The notes below the pieces were generated by a model. It was not told where the DNA came from. It saw only the letters and a list, made by a program, of their open reading frames with translations, and made no database searches. DNA of 64,000 nucleotides, taken from the sequence record PZ445488.1. One strand, given 5' to 3'. The DNA is from a phage. Shown here piece after piece: positions 48,228 through 57,787 of this stretch; within the stretch, counting starts at the first letter, position 1, and every line of letters starts with the position of its first letter. The position numbers and the translations under genes were made by a program.

Positions 48228-48260
48228 AGATTATACTCCAACCATCCTTGGTTGTAAACT
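48228..48260 (-). promoter_or_regulatory. early promoter (GTTTAC-N18-TATAAT) for paralogue 3
   Basis: duplicated promoter segment. Confidence 0.45.
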
Positions 48261-48264
48261 GGTT

Positions 48265-48942
48265 TTATCGCTGTTTTACACTTATCGGGTCAGGATTCTC
48301 AGGGACATCTTCAAGGCCAAGCGCATAACGCTGAGCATATTTTAACATCAAAATATCTTTAGCACAATCGTGAATACTATCATGGGCAACGAATCCTTTT
48401 AGCGTACCCATCGGTAATGGACACATACTTAATCCTCGTGTCAACGAGTAAGCTTCGATTGCCGTACGAATATCACGTTGAGCCCAGAATTTAACAGGTT
48501 CTAATTTATCGGTATCAATATCTGGTTCAAGAACACCTTCATCACGATAGAGGTCACGAATCAAATCGACCAAGATCGGGAAGTCAAAGCTCATACCACG
48601 GCACCACATCTGTGATTTCCATTGGTCAACTTTATTAGCTCGACAATAATCTAAAAAGATTTTAATGCCTTCAAGCGTAGTGACATCGTCTTCAGACGGA
48701 GCCAGGTTTTTACGTGCTTCTGCTGATTGTTCTTTCCACCATTTCATAGTGGATTTAGCGAAAACTCGCTTCCCTTTTTGAGAAGCTAAATTAAATTTAA
48801 TTCGCTTACCTCGTTGAACAAGTTCTTCAAATGTTTCAACAACTTCAGGGTCGGAATTATATGCAATAACCGCAAGGTCAATAACAGCCGCTTTTGATGT
48901 ATTGCCGAATGTTTCAAAATCTATAATAACATCAGTGCTCAT
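48265..48942 (-). CDS. dexA: exonuclease A (DnaQ-like 3'-5' exonuclease)
   Basis: 225 aa; N-terminal IIDFETFG Exo I motif; syntenic before dda. Confidence 0.8.
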   Translation of the reverse strand: MSTDVIIDFETFGNTSKAAVIDLAVIAYNSDPEVVETFEELVQRGKRIKFNLASQKGKRVFAKSTMKWWKEQSAEARKNLAPSEDDVTTLEGIKIFLDYCRANKVDQWKSQMWCRGMSFDFPILVDLIRDLYRDEGVLEPDIDTDKLEPVKFWAQRDIRTAIEAYSLTRGLSMCPLPMGTLKGFVAHDSIHDCAKDILMLKYAQRYALGLEDVPENPDPISVKQR

Positions 48943-48951
48943 AATTTTCTC

Positions 48952-50265
48952 TCAAATAAAATGGACGTCAAAACGACCGCGAGTTGTGCCGACATACAAT
49001 AACTGTTTAGCTAATTCTGAATCAGCATAATGGATACACGGTGTATAAACAAAGGCCGTGTCAACAGACATACCCTGGGCCTTATGGAAGGTTGATACTG
49101 GTAGTGCCTTCACCTTAGTGAACATACGTTTAGCATCCCAGAATTCACTCCATGGAGCTTTACCACCTTTATTCCAGAATTTGTATGTTTCTGCTGTCTT
49201 AGCCAAAAACAAATTGAATTTATAAAGCTCTTCTTCAGAAGAAATAACCTTTATATCCTCGCGGACGTATTCTTCATCATCCACATATGTTTCTACTGTA
49301 AGATTCCAATATCGTATCATATACTCGCCTGAAACACCACGTGCTTTAACGAATGTAGACGTTTCTACAGCATCTCGAATACGAACGAATTGCCCGTTAT
49401 TGAAAAGCATTTCGGTCATATTTTTGCCATCTAGCTTATACGTCTTGGTAAACGGCTCTTGTAGAACAATGACCTCGTCTTTAATAAATGGTTTTTCTGT
49501 TTCGAGAAGTTTTCGGCGAATAATTGAATTCAACTTATCTACTGACTTATTTGTGAATGCCATCATTCGATTTTCGAAAAGGTCTTCAGGAGTTTTAACG
49601 ACGTTAAAATAGTTCATCATATACGATTTAAGGTCTGTATATCCATGAACACCGTGCCCATCAACTACTTTATCGTAAATCCATTTGCCATTACGAATAT
49701 CAGTCGCAACATCAATAATTGGTGCATTGCTACGTTTAACTTCTGTAAGGTTGCATTGCACGAAGTCTTTGTGAGTGAAGAAAGGACTTAGATACGCAGT
49801 TGATTCGCCTGGGTCTACCGGTCGAATTTGACATCGGTCGCCGATTCCAATTACTGTGCACCATTTAGGGATACTAGCTAACATTATTTTAAACAGAGAA
49901 CGGTCACACATTGACGCTTCATCAAATAACAGTACACGACACAAGGCTAAGTCGGGAACCTTTTTCTGTTCAAATAATACGTTTTCTTCGTATGTAGTTG
50001 GGTTGATTTTAAGAATGCTATGAATAGTCGATGCTTCTTGACCTGCAAGTTTGCTTAGAACCTTTTTAGCAGCGTGTGTAGGGGCTGCTAAAATAATACC
50101 TGATTCTCCAGAAGAAATAAGGGCTTCAACGATGAATCTAGTAAGGGTTGTTTTACCTGTACCAGCAGGCCCATTAATAGTTACGTGATGTTTCTTTTCT
50201 TTAATAGCTTTCATAACAACGTTGAAGGCGTTTTTCTGGCCTTCGGTCAAATCGTCAAATGTCAT
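48952..50265 (-). CDS. dda: Dda DNA helicase (SF1B)
   Basis: 437 aa; Walker A GPAGTGKTT, LLFDEASM, C-terminal VGTTRGR motifs. Confidence 0.9.
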   Translation of the reverse strand: MTFDDLTEGQKNAFNVVMKAIKEKKHHVTINGPAGTGKTTLTRFIVEALISSGESGIILAAPTHAAKKVLSKLAGQEASTIHSILKINPTTYEENVLFEQKKVPDLALCRVLLFDEASMCDRSLFKIMLASIPKWCTVIGIGDRCQIRPVDPGESTAYLSPFFTHKDFVQCNLTEVKRSNAPIIDVATDIRNGKWIYDKVVDGHGVHGYTDLKSYMMNYFNVVKTPEDLFENRMMAFTNKSVDKLNSIIRRKLLETEKPFIKDEVIVLQEPFTKTYKLDGKNMTEMLFNNGQFVRIRDAVETSTFVKARGVSGEYMIRYWNLTVETYVDDEEYVREDIKVISSEEELYKFNLFLAKTAETYKFWNKGGKAPWSEFWDAKRMFTKVKALPVSTFHKAQGMSVDTAFVYTPCIHYADSELAKQLLYVGTTRGRFDVHFI

Positions 50266-50573
50266 CGTAAAGTCCCTGCAATTGGAATACTAACAATACG
50301 ACCCGTGTCCAGGATTCGTTGATATAATCTTTGCGTCTCCGCATCTAGTTTAACGTGTTTCATTTCAAGCTTATTAAACCAGAACTTACGCGGAGTTTCG
50401 ACCATTCTTAGAACTCCCATTTTTAAATCTGTTTTATACTGTGTTTTCAAAGTATCGAAAACTTTATCTGCAATATCCTTTCTAAAAAATACTGCAGGAC
50501 GATGTTCATCAAGTGGAACCGGGACAGTAAATCCTTCCATATCTCGATAAACTATTGCATATACATAAACCAT
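50262..50573 (-). CDS. hypothetical protein (dda.1 position)
   Basis: 103-aa ORF. Confidence 0.4.
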   Translation of the reverse strand: MVYVYAIVYRDMEGFTVPVPLDEHRPAVFFRKDIADKVFDTLKTQYKTDLKMGVLRMVETPRKFWFNKLEMKHVKLDAETQRLYQRILDTGRIVSIPIAGTLR

Positions 50574-50575
50574 AA

Positions 50576-51324
50576 TTAACCTTTAATCAGTTGGAATAAT
50601 GATGCGCTAAGTGGTAAGCCACGTTTCAATTTTAATTTACCAATGAAACCAATCTTTTCAAAACGTTGCAGACCTTGGATAACTTTATCATATGTATCGA
50701 AAAGCGATTCAGCGTCAGTTAATTTAGTTTTAGTTTTCCAGTCAGAGCCTTTAAGAAGAACATTGAGTTTAGTAAGTTCATGTCCTTCCGCTTGATGTGA
50801 ACCATTAATGCGTGCTTTCAAAGCAACAATTCTAAGTTTAGATTCGTTAGATAAAGGTTGATTTTTCATCATGTTCGCCATATGCTTAACACGATTTTCA
50901 CGTTTTGCTCGGATTTTTAAAATAGTACCATAAACCTTTTTAATTTGGGCCCATTTCTTCTCGTCGAGATTAAGTTTCTCTACTTTACGGACAGAAGGAT
51001 TAGCGATACGTCTTGCAATGGCATCACGTTTCTCAATAAGTTCTTCTAATGTTAAATCAGAACGAGCCGTGTTATATTTTTTCTTAACTGGGATAACATT
51101 ACCTTTAATGTATCCTATATCGTTATTAAAACGTTCTAAGGATAATTTCTCACCTTCAACAGAGTTATTGAAAGATTCACCTGAGTAAGCGCAGACCTTT
51201 TGATCAAGAATGTTTTTAAGGTAATTAAAGTCTAAGTTAAAATCCTTAGAGCGTCTCTTCGCAGAAGCTCTGGTGTGGTAAAGACGACGATTGATTTTTT
51301 TTTAATTTTATTATTTGATAACAT
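50576..51324 (-). CDS. srd-position gene interrupted by a -1 frame change at an A9 run near codon 10 (about 249 aa if read through)
   Basis: ATG at 51322-51324 opens MLSNNKIKKK then frame closes after 25 codons; the long ORF 50576..51301 is in the -1 frame and joins if the A9 run (51295-51303) is read as A10; identity with T4 Srd not verified. Confidence 0.4.
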
Positions 51325-51477
51325 AATATTTTCCTCTGTCTTACGGACGTTAAGGTCATTTAGCTGATAAGCTTATAATATCATGCCCTCAGGTAGTGTA
51401 CACTCTTTTTTCATAAAATGCTTTAATTTTTTATGTGTTATAATGGTTTTGAGTTCCATCCGGTTATTCCAATCCAG

Positions 51478-52086
51478 TCAGTAACCGACAATAGACAGAT
51501 TCCAGATTGTATAACGTCCATCTTGAATAATAGAATCTACACGCAGTGTAGTCCCTATAGGGAGCATAAATTCACATTCGTCAGATATAAGTCTAGCATT
51601 AGACCGTCTTGTCGCTTCAGGGAAAGCTCCATTGAACTCACAAGATGGCGCAGCCAGAATCATGTTAAGCATATGTTCACGGAAGTTGAAAGCAAATGGT
51701 GCATCTTTGATGCAGAACATATTAAATGTTCCATAAAAATTATATGAAGCGAAGTTACGTGCTACACCGAACACTGGACTAAAGCTCATTACTCTGTCAA
51801 ATTTAATAATACTACCAATGCCTTTATCAACAAGTGTGGCCATAGTTTTCTTAGAGATTCCACGATACATTGTCTCAGGAACTGAAGACGTCCAATTTCT
51901 ACGAACAATTGCACTTAAATCTTGTTGAATGCTATCAGGCTTGTTTTCCATACACTGCCATAGTACACTTTGTTCAATGTCGCTGAATTGCTCATCGATT
52001 TTGTACTGAAGCATATCTTGATAATCCGGGCATTGAGCACGACGAACCATTTCTTCAATTTCACACTCGTTATACGGCATAAACAT
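51478..52086 (-). CDS. modA: ADP-ribosyltransferase, ModA/ModB family
   Basis: 202 aa; Arg (YRG), Ser-x-Ser-like (FSP) and E-x-E (ECEFM) signature elements; which paralogue is modA versus modB is by position only. Confidence 0.6.
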   Translation of the reverse strand: MFMPYNECEIEEMVRRAQCPDYQDMLQYKIDEQFSDIEQSVLWQCMENKPDSIQQDLSAIVRRNWTSSVPETMYRGISKKTMATLVDKGIGSIIKFDRVMSFSPVFGVARNFASYNFYGTFNMFCIKDAPFAFNFREHMLNMILAAPSCEFNGAFPEATRRSNARLISDECEFMLPIGTTLRVDSIIQDGRYTIWNLSIVGY

Positions 52087-52143
52087 TTAGGTTTCTCCTG
52101 TGGTTGATAAAGGTATAGTATCATCATCGGAAGAGTTTGTACA

Positions 52144-52725
52144 CTAAAAATTCAACATTTTCAAATGAATGATTTTGTATAACCGAGATAAAGGGTCATA
52201 TTCTAAGTCTTCAATTTCTACAATCTCAAATCTAGAGATACCTGAGACCATATATTCTTGTTCAGATTCAATCATATCTAGGACGTCAACACGTTTTTCT
52301 TCCATAACATGCTTAGGGTTCTTTCCGGCGAGTACAATGTTAATCATGTTTTGGTAGTAATCAAAAATGAATGGAGCATTCCTGAGACTAAGAATAGTGT
52401 ACGTCTGATATTCCCAACTCCCAGAGAACTGTCTGGCCGTACCAAAGTCTGTTGTAAACGATGTTACTCGTCCAGGAGACCAATGGCATCCAACAGAAAG
52501 AAGGGAAAGACGTTCTACTTCTTCTGGAGTTACACCACGATAGAGTTCTACTGGTACTGTAGAAGTCATATGCTTACGAACAAGATGGTCTAATTCATAG
52601 TGGAAATCTGGGTCTTCCTTATAATCAGTGCAAGCCCAGAGAATGTTTTGTTCTTGTTTAGTGAATTTATCATCAATTAGTGCTGCGAGATATTCGCGTT
52701 CTTGAAGTTCAGATTGACATGTCAT
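52144..52725 (-). CDS. modB: ADP-ribosyltransferase, ModA/ModB family
   Basis: 193 aa; paralogue of previous ORF (LYRG, WSP, EQEYM). Confidence 0.6.
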   Translation of the reverse strand: MTCQSELQEREYLAALIDDKFTKQEQNILWACTDYKEDPDFHYELDHLVRKHMTSTVPVELYRGVTPEEVERLSLLSVGCHWSPGRVTSFTTDFGTARQFSGSWEYQTYTILSLRNAPFIFDYYQNMINIVLAGKNPKHVMEEKRVDVLDMIESEQEYMVSGISRFEIVEIEDLEYDPLSRLYKIIHLKMLNF

Positions 52726-52941
52726 GATAGACCTCCATTTAAAGATAAGCCTATCATAACACGAGAGGAGGGAATGTAAACTACTTTTTAAGCTTTCCTA
52801 CTAAAGGTCCATCAGGGCCAGGTTGTTCTAACATGAATAACGATGCTTTAAAAAGCAATGTCAACCCTTTCACCATTCGATACCATGTCTCAAAGTCTTT
52901 TTCCTTGATTTCTAGTAAGAATTTCTCTTTAAATTTCTCTT

Positions 52942-53130
52942 TCATTTCCAAGGACTCCATGGTGGAGGGTCGTCATAATAAGAGGCAAGGTCTTTCAGGG
53001 CTTCAACAGGTAAACTAAAGCCGTGTCGTTGTATAATACTATCTAGTTCATCGACAAGTTCACTACGATGCACTTTAGGAGCCTTGACTTCAGGCTCATC
53101 AAACATACTCATAAGGTCCATATTATTCAC
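52942..53130 (-). CDS. hypothetical protein
   Basis: 62-aa ORF. Confidence 0.3.
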   Translation of the reverse strand: MNNMDLMSMFDEPEVKAPKVHRSELVDELDSIIQRHGFSLPVEALKDLASYYDDPPPWSPWK

Positions 53131-53587
53131 CTAAATAAAAACTAGCAGGTTCAGAGAATGTTTCTAGTGCTACACCTTTTGTCTTAAAAAATTTCCAAAT
53201 AGCTCGTTGCAAATGGATTAAATCTGCTAATGATGTAATAAAGTATTTTTTGGCAAAATATGTATGGTCTCGCTTTTCAAACAGGTCTAAACGCTTTTCA
53301 GGATTCACATAAACAGCATTTTCTGTAGATTCATACCCTAAGTCCTTTATGCCTTCTTCAAGACTAAACGGAGAATTTTTAGAATGAGTAATAGCTCCAA
53401 CTCGCTCTACACGAATTTTGTAACCTTTAGGAATCTGCAATTTGCAGAATTCTTCTACGATATATTGCGGATTATTTAGACTTTTGTTAATGAGAATAGC
53501 TATTTCTAGTGGAGTCTTATCTTCTACTGGTATATGTTTAAATGACTTGGCTTCAAGCAAATACATTTTAAATAACATAGCATCCAT
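53123..53587 (-). CDS. hypothetical protein
   Basis: 154-aa ORF. Confidence 0.4.
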   Translation of the reverse strand: MDAMLFKMYLLEAKSFKHIPVEDKTPLEIAILINKSLNNPQYIVEEFCKLQIPKGYKIRVERVGAITHSKNSPFSLEEGIKDLGYESTENAVYVNPEKRLDLFEKRDHTYFAKKYFITSLADLIHLQRAIWKFFKTKGVALETFSEPASFYLGE

Positions 53588-53762
53588 TATAATTTCCTCG
53601 ATGGTTCACCCATATAAAGTTTTACAATACGTTCGCCTTCATCTTCGACGAGCTTTTCTTCATGTTTCTGGAATTCTTTAGCCATATTCTCTTCAAGAAC
53701 ATCCAGCCAATCTTCTGGACCGACACCATCATTCCAGCTTTTAAACCATTTTACTATTCTGT

Positions 53763-53951
53763 TCATTCGCAGCTCCCTGAGTCCGAACTACAATCGGAAT
53801 AACTTGAACCAGAATCTCCAGACCAGGATGATACGTAAGAATGATTATAACTTGAAGAGTTTGAAGCAGACTTAGGACGAATAACTTCTTCCATCATGAC
53901 GTCACCAATATATTCCCAACTTTTTTCATGTGTATCAGGAATAGGCATCAT
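53763..53951 (-). CDS. small protein with serine-rich acidic C-terminal tail; start set at MMPIPD
   Basis: C-terminus SASNSSSYNHSYVSSWSGDSGSSYSDCSSDSGSCE; GAAGG ribosome-binding site before the internal ATG. Confidence 0.4.
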   Translation of the reverse strand: MMPIPDTHEKSWEYIGDVMMEEVIRPKSASNSSSYNHSYVSSWSGDSGSSYSDCSSDSGSCE

Positions 53952-53964
53952 ACCTTCGCCTGGT

Positions 53965-54192
53965 TTAACAACAAATAACTTCTTCAGCATCGTAAGCATT
54001 AATTGTTCCTCGAACAAAACGAACACCACCATCATCCCAACGGATTTCGGCATTAAATTTGACGTCTTCACCATCCATCATGAATGAGTGTACGACTACG
54101 TCATCATAATATCCAAGACCGTATTTCAGCGAAACTTCTTGTGCAATCAAAGCGCCTAATGTGTTATTAGGTTTAATCCAACGATTTAACAT
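53965..54192 (-). CDS. hypothetical protein
   Basis: 75-aa ORF. Confidence 0.35.
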   Translation of the reverse strand: MLNRWIKPNNTLGALIAQEVSLKYGLGYYDDVVVHSFMMDGEDVKFNAEIRWDDGGVRFVRGTINAYDAEEVICC

Positions 54193-54265
54193 AATGTTCT
54201 CCTCTTGAGTAAGTAAGAATATCTTAACATAGTTTTTAGTGGATGTAAACTCTAGAAACGAAAAA

Positions 54266-54285
54266 AGGAATCCCGAAGGATTCCT
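54266..54285 (-). terminator. tetraloop hairpin aggaaucc-uucg-ggauuccu after soc
   Basis: perfect 8-bp inverted repeat 9 nt after soc stop. Confidence 0.5.
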
Positions 54286-54293
54286 TAAATTAT

Positions 54294-54530
54294 TTAACCA
54301 CTTACTGGTGTAGGGGTAAACATTGCAGCGTTCTTAGTTTTCCAAGTTGCTGCATCAGAAACGACATCAGAATAAGCTGCCTTTTCTGATGGAAAGATTT
54401 GGTAATGAGAATCTGCAATCCGATGTTCGTTTGAATAAATCTCAAACGGTACAGAAACTTCCATACCTTTAACTTCTTTACCTTCACCCGCAGGATGCGT
54501 AAAGGTTTTGATGTTTACATAACCACCCAT
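54294..54530 (-). CDS. soc: small outer capsid protein Soc
   Basis: 78 aa; GYVNIKTF ... HYQ.FPSEKAAYS matches remembered T4 Soc; TATAAATA late promoter upstream. Confidence 0.85.
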   Translation of the reverse strand: MGGYVNIKTFTHPAGEGKEVKGMEVSVPFEIYSNEHRIADSHYQIFPSEKAAYSDVVSDAATWKTKNAAMFTPTPVSG

Positions 54531-54562
54531 AATTAACTCCTTTGTTGTTTAATTACAGGTGT

Positions 54563-54570
54563 ATTTATAA
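54563..54570 (-). promoter_or_regulatory. late promoter TATAAATA for soc
   Basis: exact TATAAATA on minus strand about 31 nt upstream of soc ATG. Confidence 0.55.
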
Positions 54571-54575
54571 CTTAA

Positions 54576-55097
54576 TTAGTAACCATTATCCTGACGTTCA
54601 AAGTTGTGTTGGTTTTTCAAGTAGTAAAGTTTAAAGATTTCTTCAGCCGAAAGACCTAGACCTTGGAACATATTTAGAACGAAATGCAGAATATCAATCA
54701 TTTCAAATTTAATTTCAAGCTGGTCTTCAGGAGACAGTTCATCAATACGACGATTTCGATATTCAGCATGTTGTGCCTTCCACGGCTTCCATACACTGCT
54801 GGCGGCTTTTTCACCATTGCTCATACCACCAAGTGAAGTCAGCAGTTCACGGAATTCATCATCAATATAATCTTTCTGATTACGCAGCCAATCAACAACA
54901 TCACCAGCAGTGGCCAATTCATCAGGATGTTTGTTATGTTCAGGCTTGTCATTTGCCAGACGAACCTGTAAAGATTTTTGCATATCAAGCATTACCTGCA
55001 GTGGGTCTTTATCTTCGTGAATCAGAGCATTAAAATAAGCTTCTTCTGCTTTATCAACACCAGAAATAAGTTGTGAACATTCATTAAAGTGCGCCAT
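54576..55097 (-). CDS. 56: dCTPase/dUTPase gp56 (MazG-like); start set at MAHFNEC
   Basis: MAHFNEC...DPLQVMLDMQ...ELATAGDVV.W.R.QKD.IDDEFRELLTSLG matches remembered T4 gp56. Confidence 0.85.
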   Translation of the reverse strand: MAHFNECSQLISGVDKAEEAYFNALIHEDKDPLQVMLDMQKSLQVRLANDKPEHNKHPDELATAGDVVDWLRNQKDYIDDEFRELLTSLGGMSNGEKAASSVWKPWKAQHAEYRNRRIDELSPEDQLEIKFEMIDILHFVLNMFQGLGLSAEEIFKLYYLKNQHNFERQDNGY

Positions 55098-55185
55098 TAT
55101 TTTTCCTTTCAATTCAGTATAAGAGAGTTAATTCTAACATTAATTTTATAAAGCGTAATAAATAATAGGTAACCAAGGAGATATT

Positions 55186-55383
55186 ATGTTTAAACTTCCA
55201 TCGTTAATCAACGCTATTAAAGGCAATAAAAAGAAAACTGCTATCGCTGCAATAGTTGTAGGCGGCATTATTTCATGGAACTTCGGGATTGCACCATTGT
55301 TAGTTGCCCATGGTATTATAGTTCCTTCTGTTCCATTGGATACTGTAGTTGATTTGGCCTTTGCTATTATAGGACTTGTTTAA
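55186..55383 (+). CDS. small hydrophobic membrane protein encoded opposite to flanking early genes
   Basis: 65 aa; strong ribosome-binding site AAGGAG 6 nt before ATG; two hydrophobic segments. Confidence 0.45.
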   Translation: MFKLPSLINAIKGNKKKTAIAAIVVGGIISWNFGIAPLLVAHGIIVPSVPLDTVVDLAFAIIGLV

Positions 55384-56402
55384 ATCTTCGAATAACGAGA
55401 TAATCTCATTTTAGCATGCAACCCACTTGAAATATTCTGTTTCATATATTCTAAAATTTCTTGTGGTGTTGCATTTTCTTTCATTACCATATCATTCACA
55501 TCCTTTGAACTCCATGGAGCTCGGTCCCAGAACATAACACGTTCGCCTGCATCTACTAATCGCTTCATACGAGCTATAGTATCCGGATGCCTAGGTTCAT
55601 TATCCATTACCCATACCCGACGTTCTTTAAATGGTACCACATCTAAATCTATTGAGCCGCCTGTAATAGCGATTGCGTTTGGTATGAATAAACTATCAAT
55701 AGGACCTTCCATTACCCAGACGTCTCCTTCCTTAACACGTTCAACACCATAAATTTTTGTTGCAGACTCAAAAGCTTTAATAGTGATATATTTCTGAGGA
55801 GCATCTTTGCGAAGTGCACGTCCTTGAAATGACTCAGCCTTCCCGTCTTTATTAAAAATAGGAATCACTAAACGCGGTTCTGGAATCTCTTTCTTATACG
55901 TGCCTGGTTGAATCTTGTTGACCAATTTAGGCCATTCTAATGTGAACCATAATCTGTTCCATGATTCTTTAGGAATACACCGGGACTTAACATATTTCAC
56001 AATAGGATGCTCTTCAGGCAACTTGTCCAGACGAGAACAAGACGGCAAAGAATTTATAGTCTTTTTCTCCGGTTCTGGTTTATGTTCAGGAACCTTTTCA
56101 ATCTTTGGTTCCATTCTAGCTTTTTCTTTACGAACTTCCATTAGATATTCACGATAAAGCTCTTCGTCATACTCTTTTAAGTATCCGGAAATTGTATTAT
56201 GATATTGACAGTTATAGCAATGCACATTACCTGGAGTACCGCCATAATACCATCCGCGAGCTTTCATTGCATCTGTCTGGGAGTCGCCACAAACCGGGCA
56301 TCGAAATGTTAATTTAAATGTGCTTGAATTATTGATTTGTCTAAAACGAGGTAGGTGAGAAAACGCACGATAAGCAAATTCATTATCTATCCATTCAGCC
56401 AT
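55380..56402 (-). CDS. 61: DNA primase gp61
   Basis: 340 aa; EWIDNEFAYRA...STFKL.FRCPVCGDS zinc ribbon and Toprim region match remembered T4 gp61. Confidence 0.9.
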   Translation of the reverse strand: MAEWIDNEFAYRAFSHLPRFRQINNSSTFKLTFRCPVCGDSQTDAMKARGWYYGGTPGNVHCYNCQYHNTISGYLKEYDEELYREYLMEVRKEKARMEPKIEKVPEHKPEPEKKTINSLPSCSRLDKLPEEHPIVKYVKSRCIPKESWNRLWFTLEWPKLVNKIQPGTYKKEIPEPRLVIPIFNKDGKAESFQGRALRKDAPQKYITIKAFESATKIYGVERVKEGDVWVMEGPIDSLFIPNAIAITGGSIDLDVVPFKERRVWVMDNEPRHPDTIARMKRLVDAGERVMFWDRAPWSSKDVNDMVMKENATPQEILEYMKQNISSGLHAKMRLSRYSKI

Positions 56403-56441
56403 AGTATTCTCCAGAGGCCTTAAATTAATAAGGCCATCATA

Positions 56442-56936
56442 TCACAACTTATTAATATTTACTTTAATTCGCTTTCTTTTCTTGGAAGGAATTTGTTCTG
56501 GACCTTTATTTACGACTGCACCTGTAGTTGTTCCTGATGCAATAGCTTGAGGACTGCCACCTGAATCACCAGCAACCATATCCTCAAATAAAGGGAGTTC
56601 TTTAAATATTTCTTTCTGTTGTTCTTCAGTAATGTTATAGCGTGAAGCTACAGCACTCCAGGCAGACATCATTGAGGCCATTCCATTAAGACCTGGAACA
56701 GTACTCATCATTCGCTTCATTGAACGAACTGAAGCATGAAAAGGTGTATAAGCCGCTTTCTCTTCGGGAGTAGAAGGACGTTTAAGAACACTTCCACGTT
56801 CGTCGATTATTTTGGCTTCGTACGCTTTCCATTCGGTAAAAGGTTTTTGCATTAGTCGAATAAACTTATATGCGTAAACAGAATCTATTGCAGTGTTAAT
56901 AATACCCATAGGTACCTCCTGAGTATATTTAATCAA
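56442..56936 (-). CDS. hypothetical protein (61.1 position)
   Basis: 164-aa ORF; C-terminal basic KKRKRIK tail. Confidence 0.4.
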   Translation of the reverse strand: MIKYTQEVPMGIINTAIDSVYAYKFIRLMQKPFTEWKAYEAKIIDERGSVLKRPSTPEEKAAYTPFHASVRSMKRMMSTVPGLNGMASMMSAWSAVASRYNITEEQQKEIFKELPLFEDMVAGDSGGSPQAIASGTTTGAVVNKGPEQIPSKKRKRIKVNINKL

Positions 56937-57126
56937 TCACAAAGATCGCTTTATCACCGTTCGCATCTGTGACTTCATATGTAGTGTCTTCATAGTGTGG
57001 AATATTCCAAATTACACCATCATTAGCTTTTACGCTAATATGGTATTGGTGTTTTGAAACAACTTCATAATCTTCAAAACTTGTAAAAACACTAATTTTA
57101 GAACCAGTGCAAATTGCAGTAGTCAT
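56929..57126 (-). CDS. hypothetical protein
   Basis: 65-aa ORF. Confidence 0.3.
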   Translation of the reverse strand: MTTAICTGSKISVFTSFEDYEVVSKHQYHISVKANDGVIWNIPHYEDTTYEVTDANGDKAIFVID

Positions 57127-57127
57127 T

Positions 57128-57787
57128 TTAACCTCGATTCATAAATGCATTAAATATTTGGTCATCAACAGAAATTTCTAATTCGACTTCAATTGTTTCA
57201 GCCTTTTCTTCAGGTGGTAATTCGTATCCACACACTACAATTTTTTCATCGATATCAAAATATACAGAAGCAATACGATTAATGTTACTTTCAGTTAAGT
57301 CTAAATCAACATCAACATCTTTTTGACCTACACTTAAAGGATAACTAATACGAGTTATTTTATTATCTTTAACAAAGAGTCCACCAACATACTCTGTACT
57401 ACGTTTGAAGTTTACACGTTTCCGAATTGAAAGATATGATACATCTTTACCGTGAGCTCGGCTCATAGGACATAATGAATAACTAGAATAAGAGATGTCA
57501 AATCCTACGCCTTCAACATGTGCTAGAGTATCATGAGTAAACCAATTATAGTCGTATGCCAAATCCATTAAATTATAATATGTGAAAGGCACTGGATTAA
57601 CATCATATGTTGTACCTTTAAAATCTGCCCAGGCAACGATTTCGTTATCTTTAACAATTACAAAAATTACACCAATATGGTATCCGTTATTATTTTCATT
57701 CGGCGTTATATTATAACATTGTGCATTAGGAAATTTACCATATTTAAATGGCGCGTTTTTGTGCATGTAATAAATCATATTATTCAC
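57128..57787 (-). CDS. hypothetical protein
   Basis: 219-aa ORF, no motif recognised. Confidence 0.45.
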   Translation of the reverse strand: MNNMIYYMHKNAPFKYGKFPNAQCYNITPNENNNGYHIGVIFVIVKDNEIVAWADFKGTTYDVNPVPFTYYNLMDLAYDYNWFTHDTLAHVEGVGFDISYSSYSLCPMSRAHGKDVSYLSIRKRVNFKRSTEYVGGLFVKDNKITRISYPLSVGQKDVDVDLDLTESNINRIASVYFDIDEKIVVCGYELPPEEKAETIEVELEISVDDQIFNAFMNRG

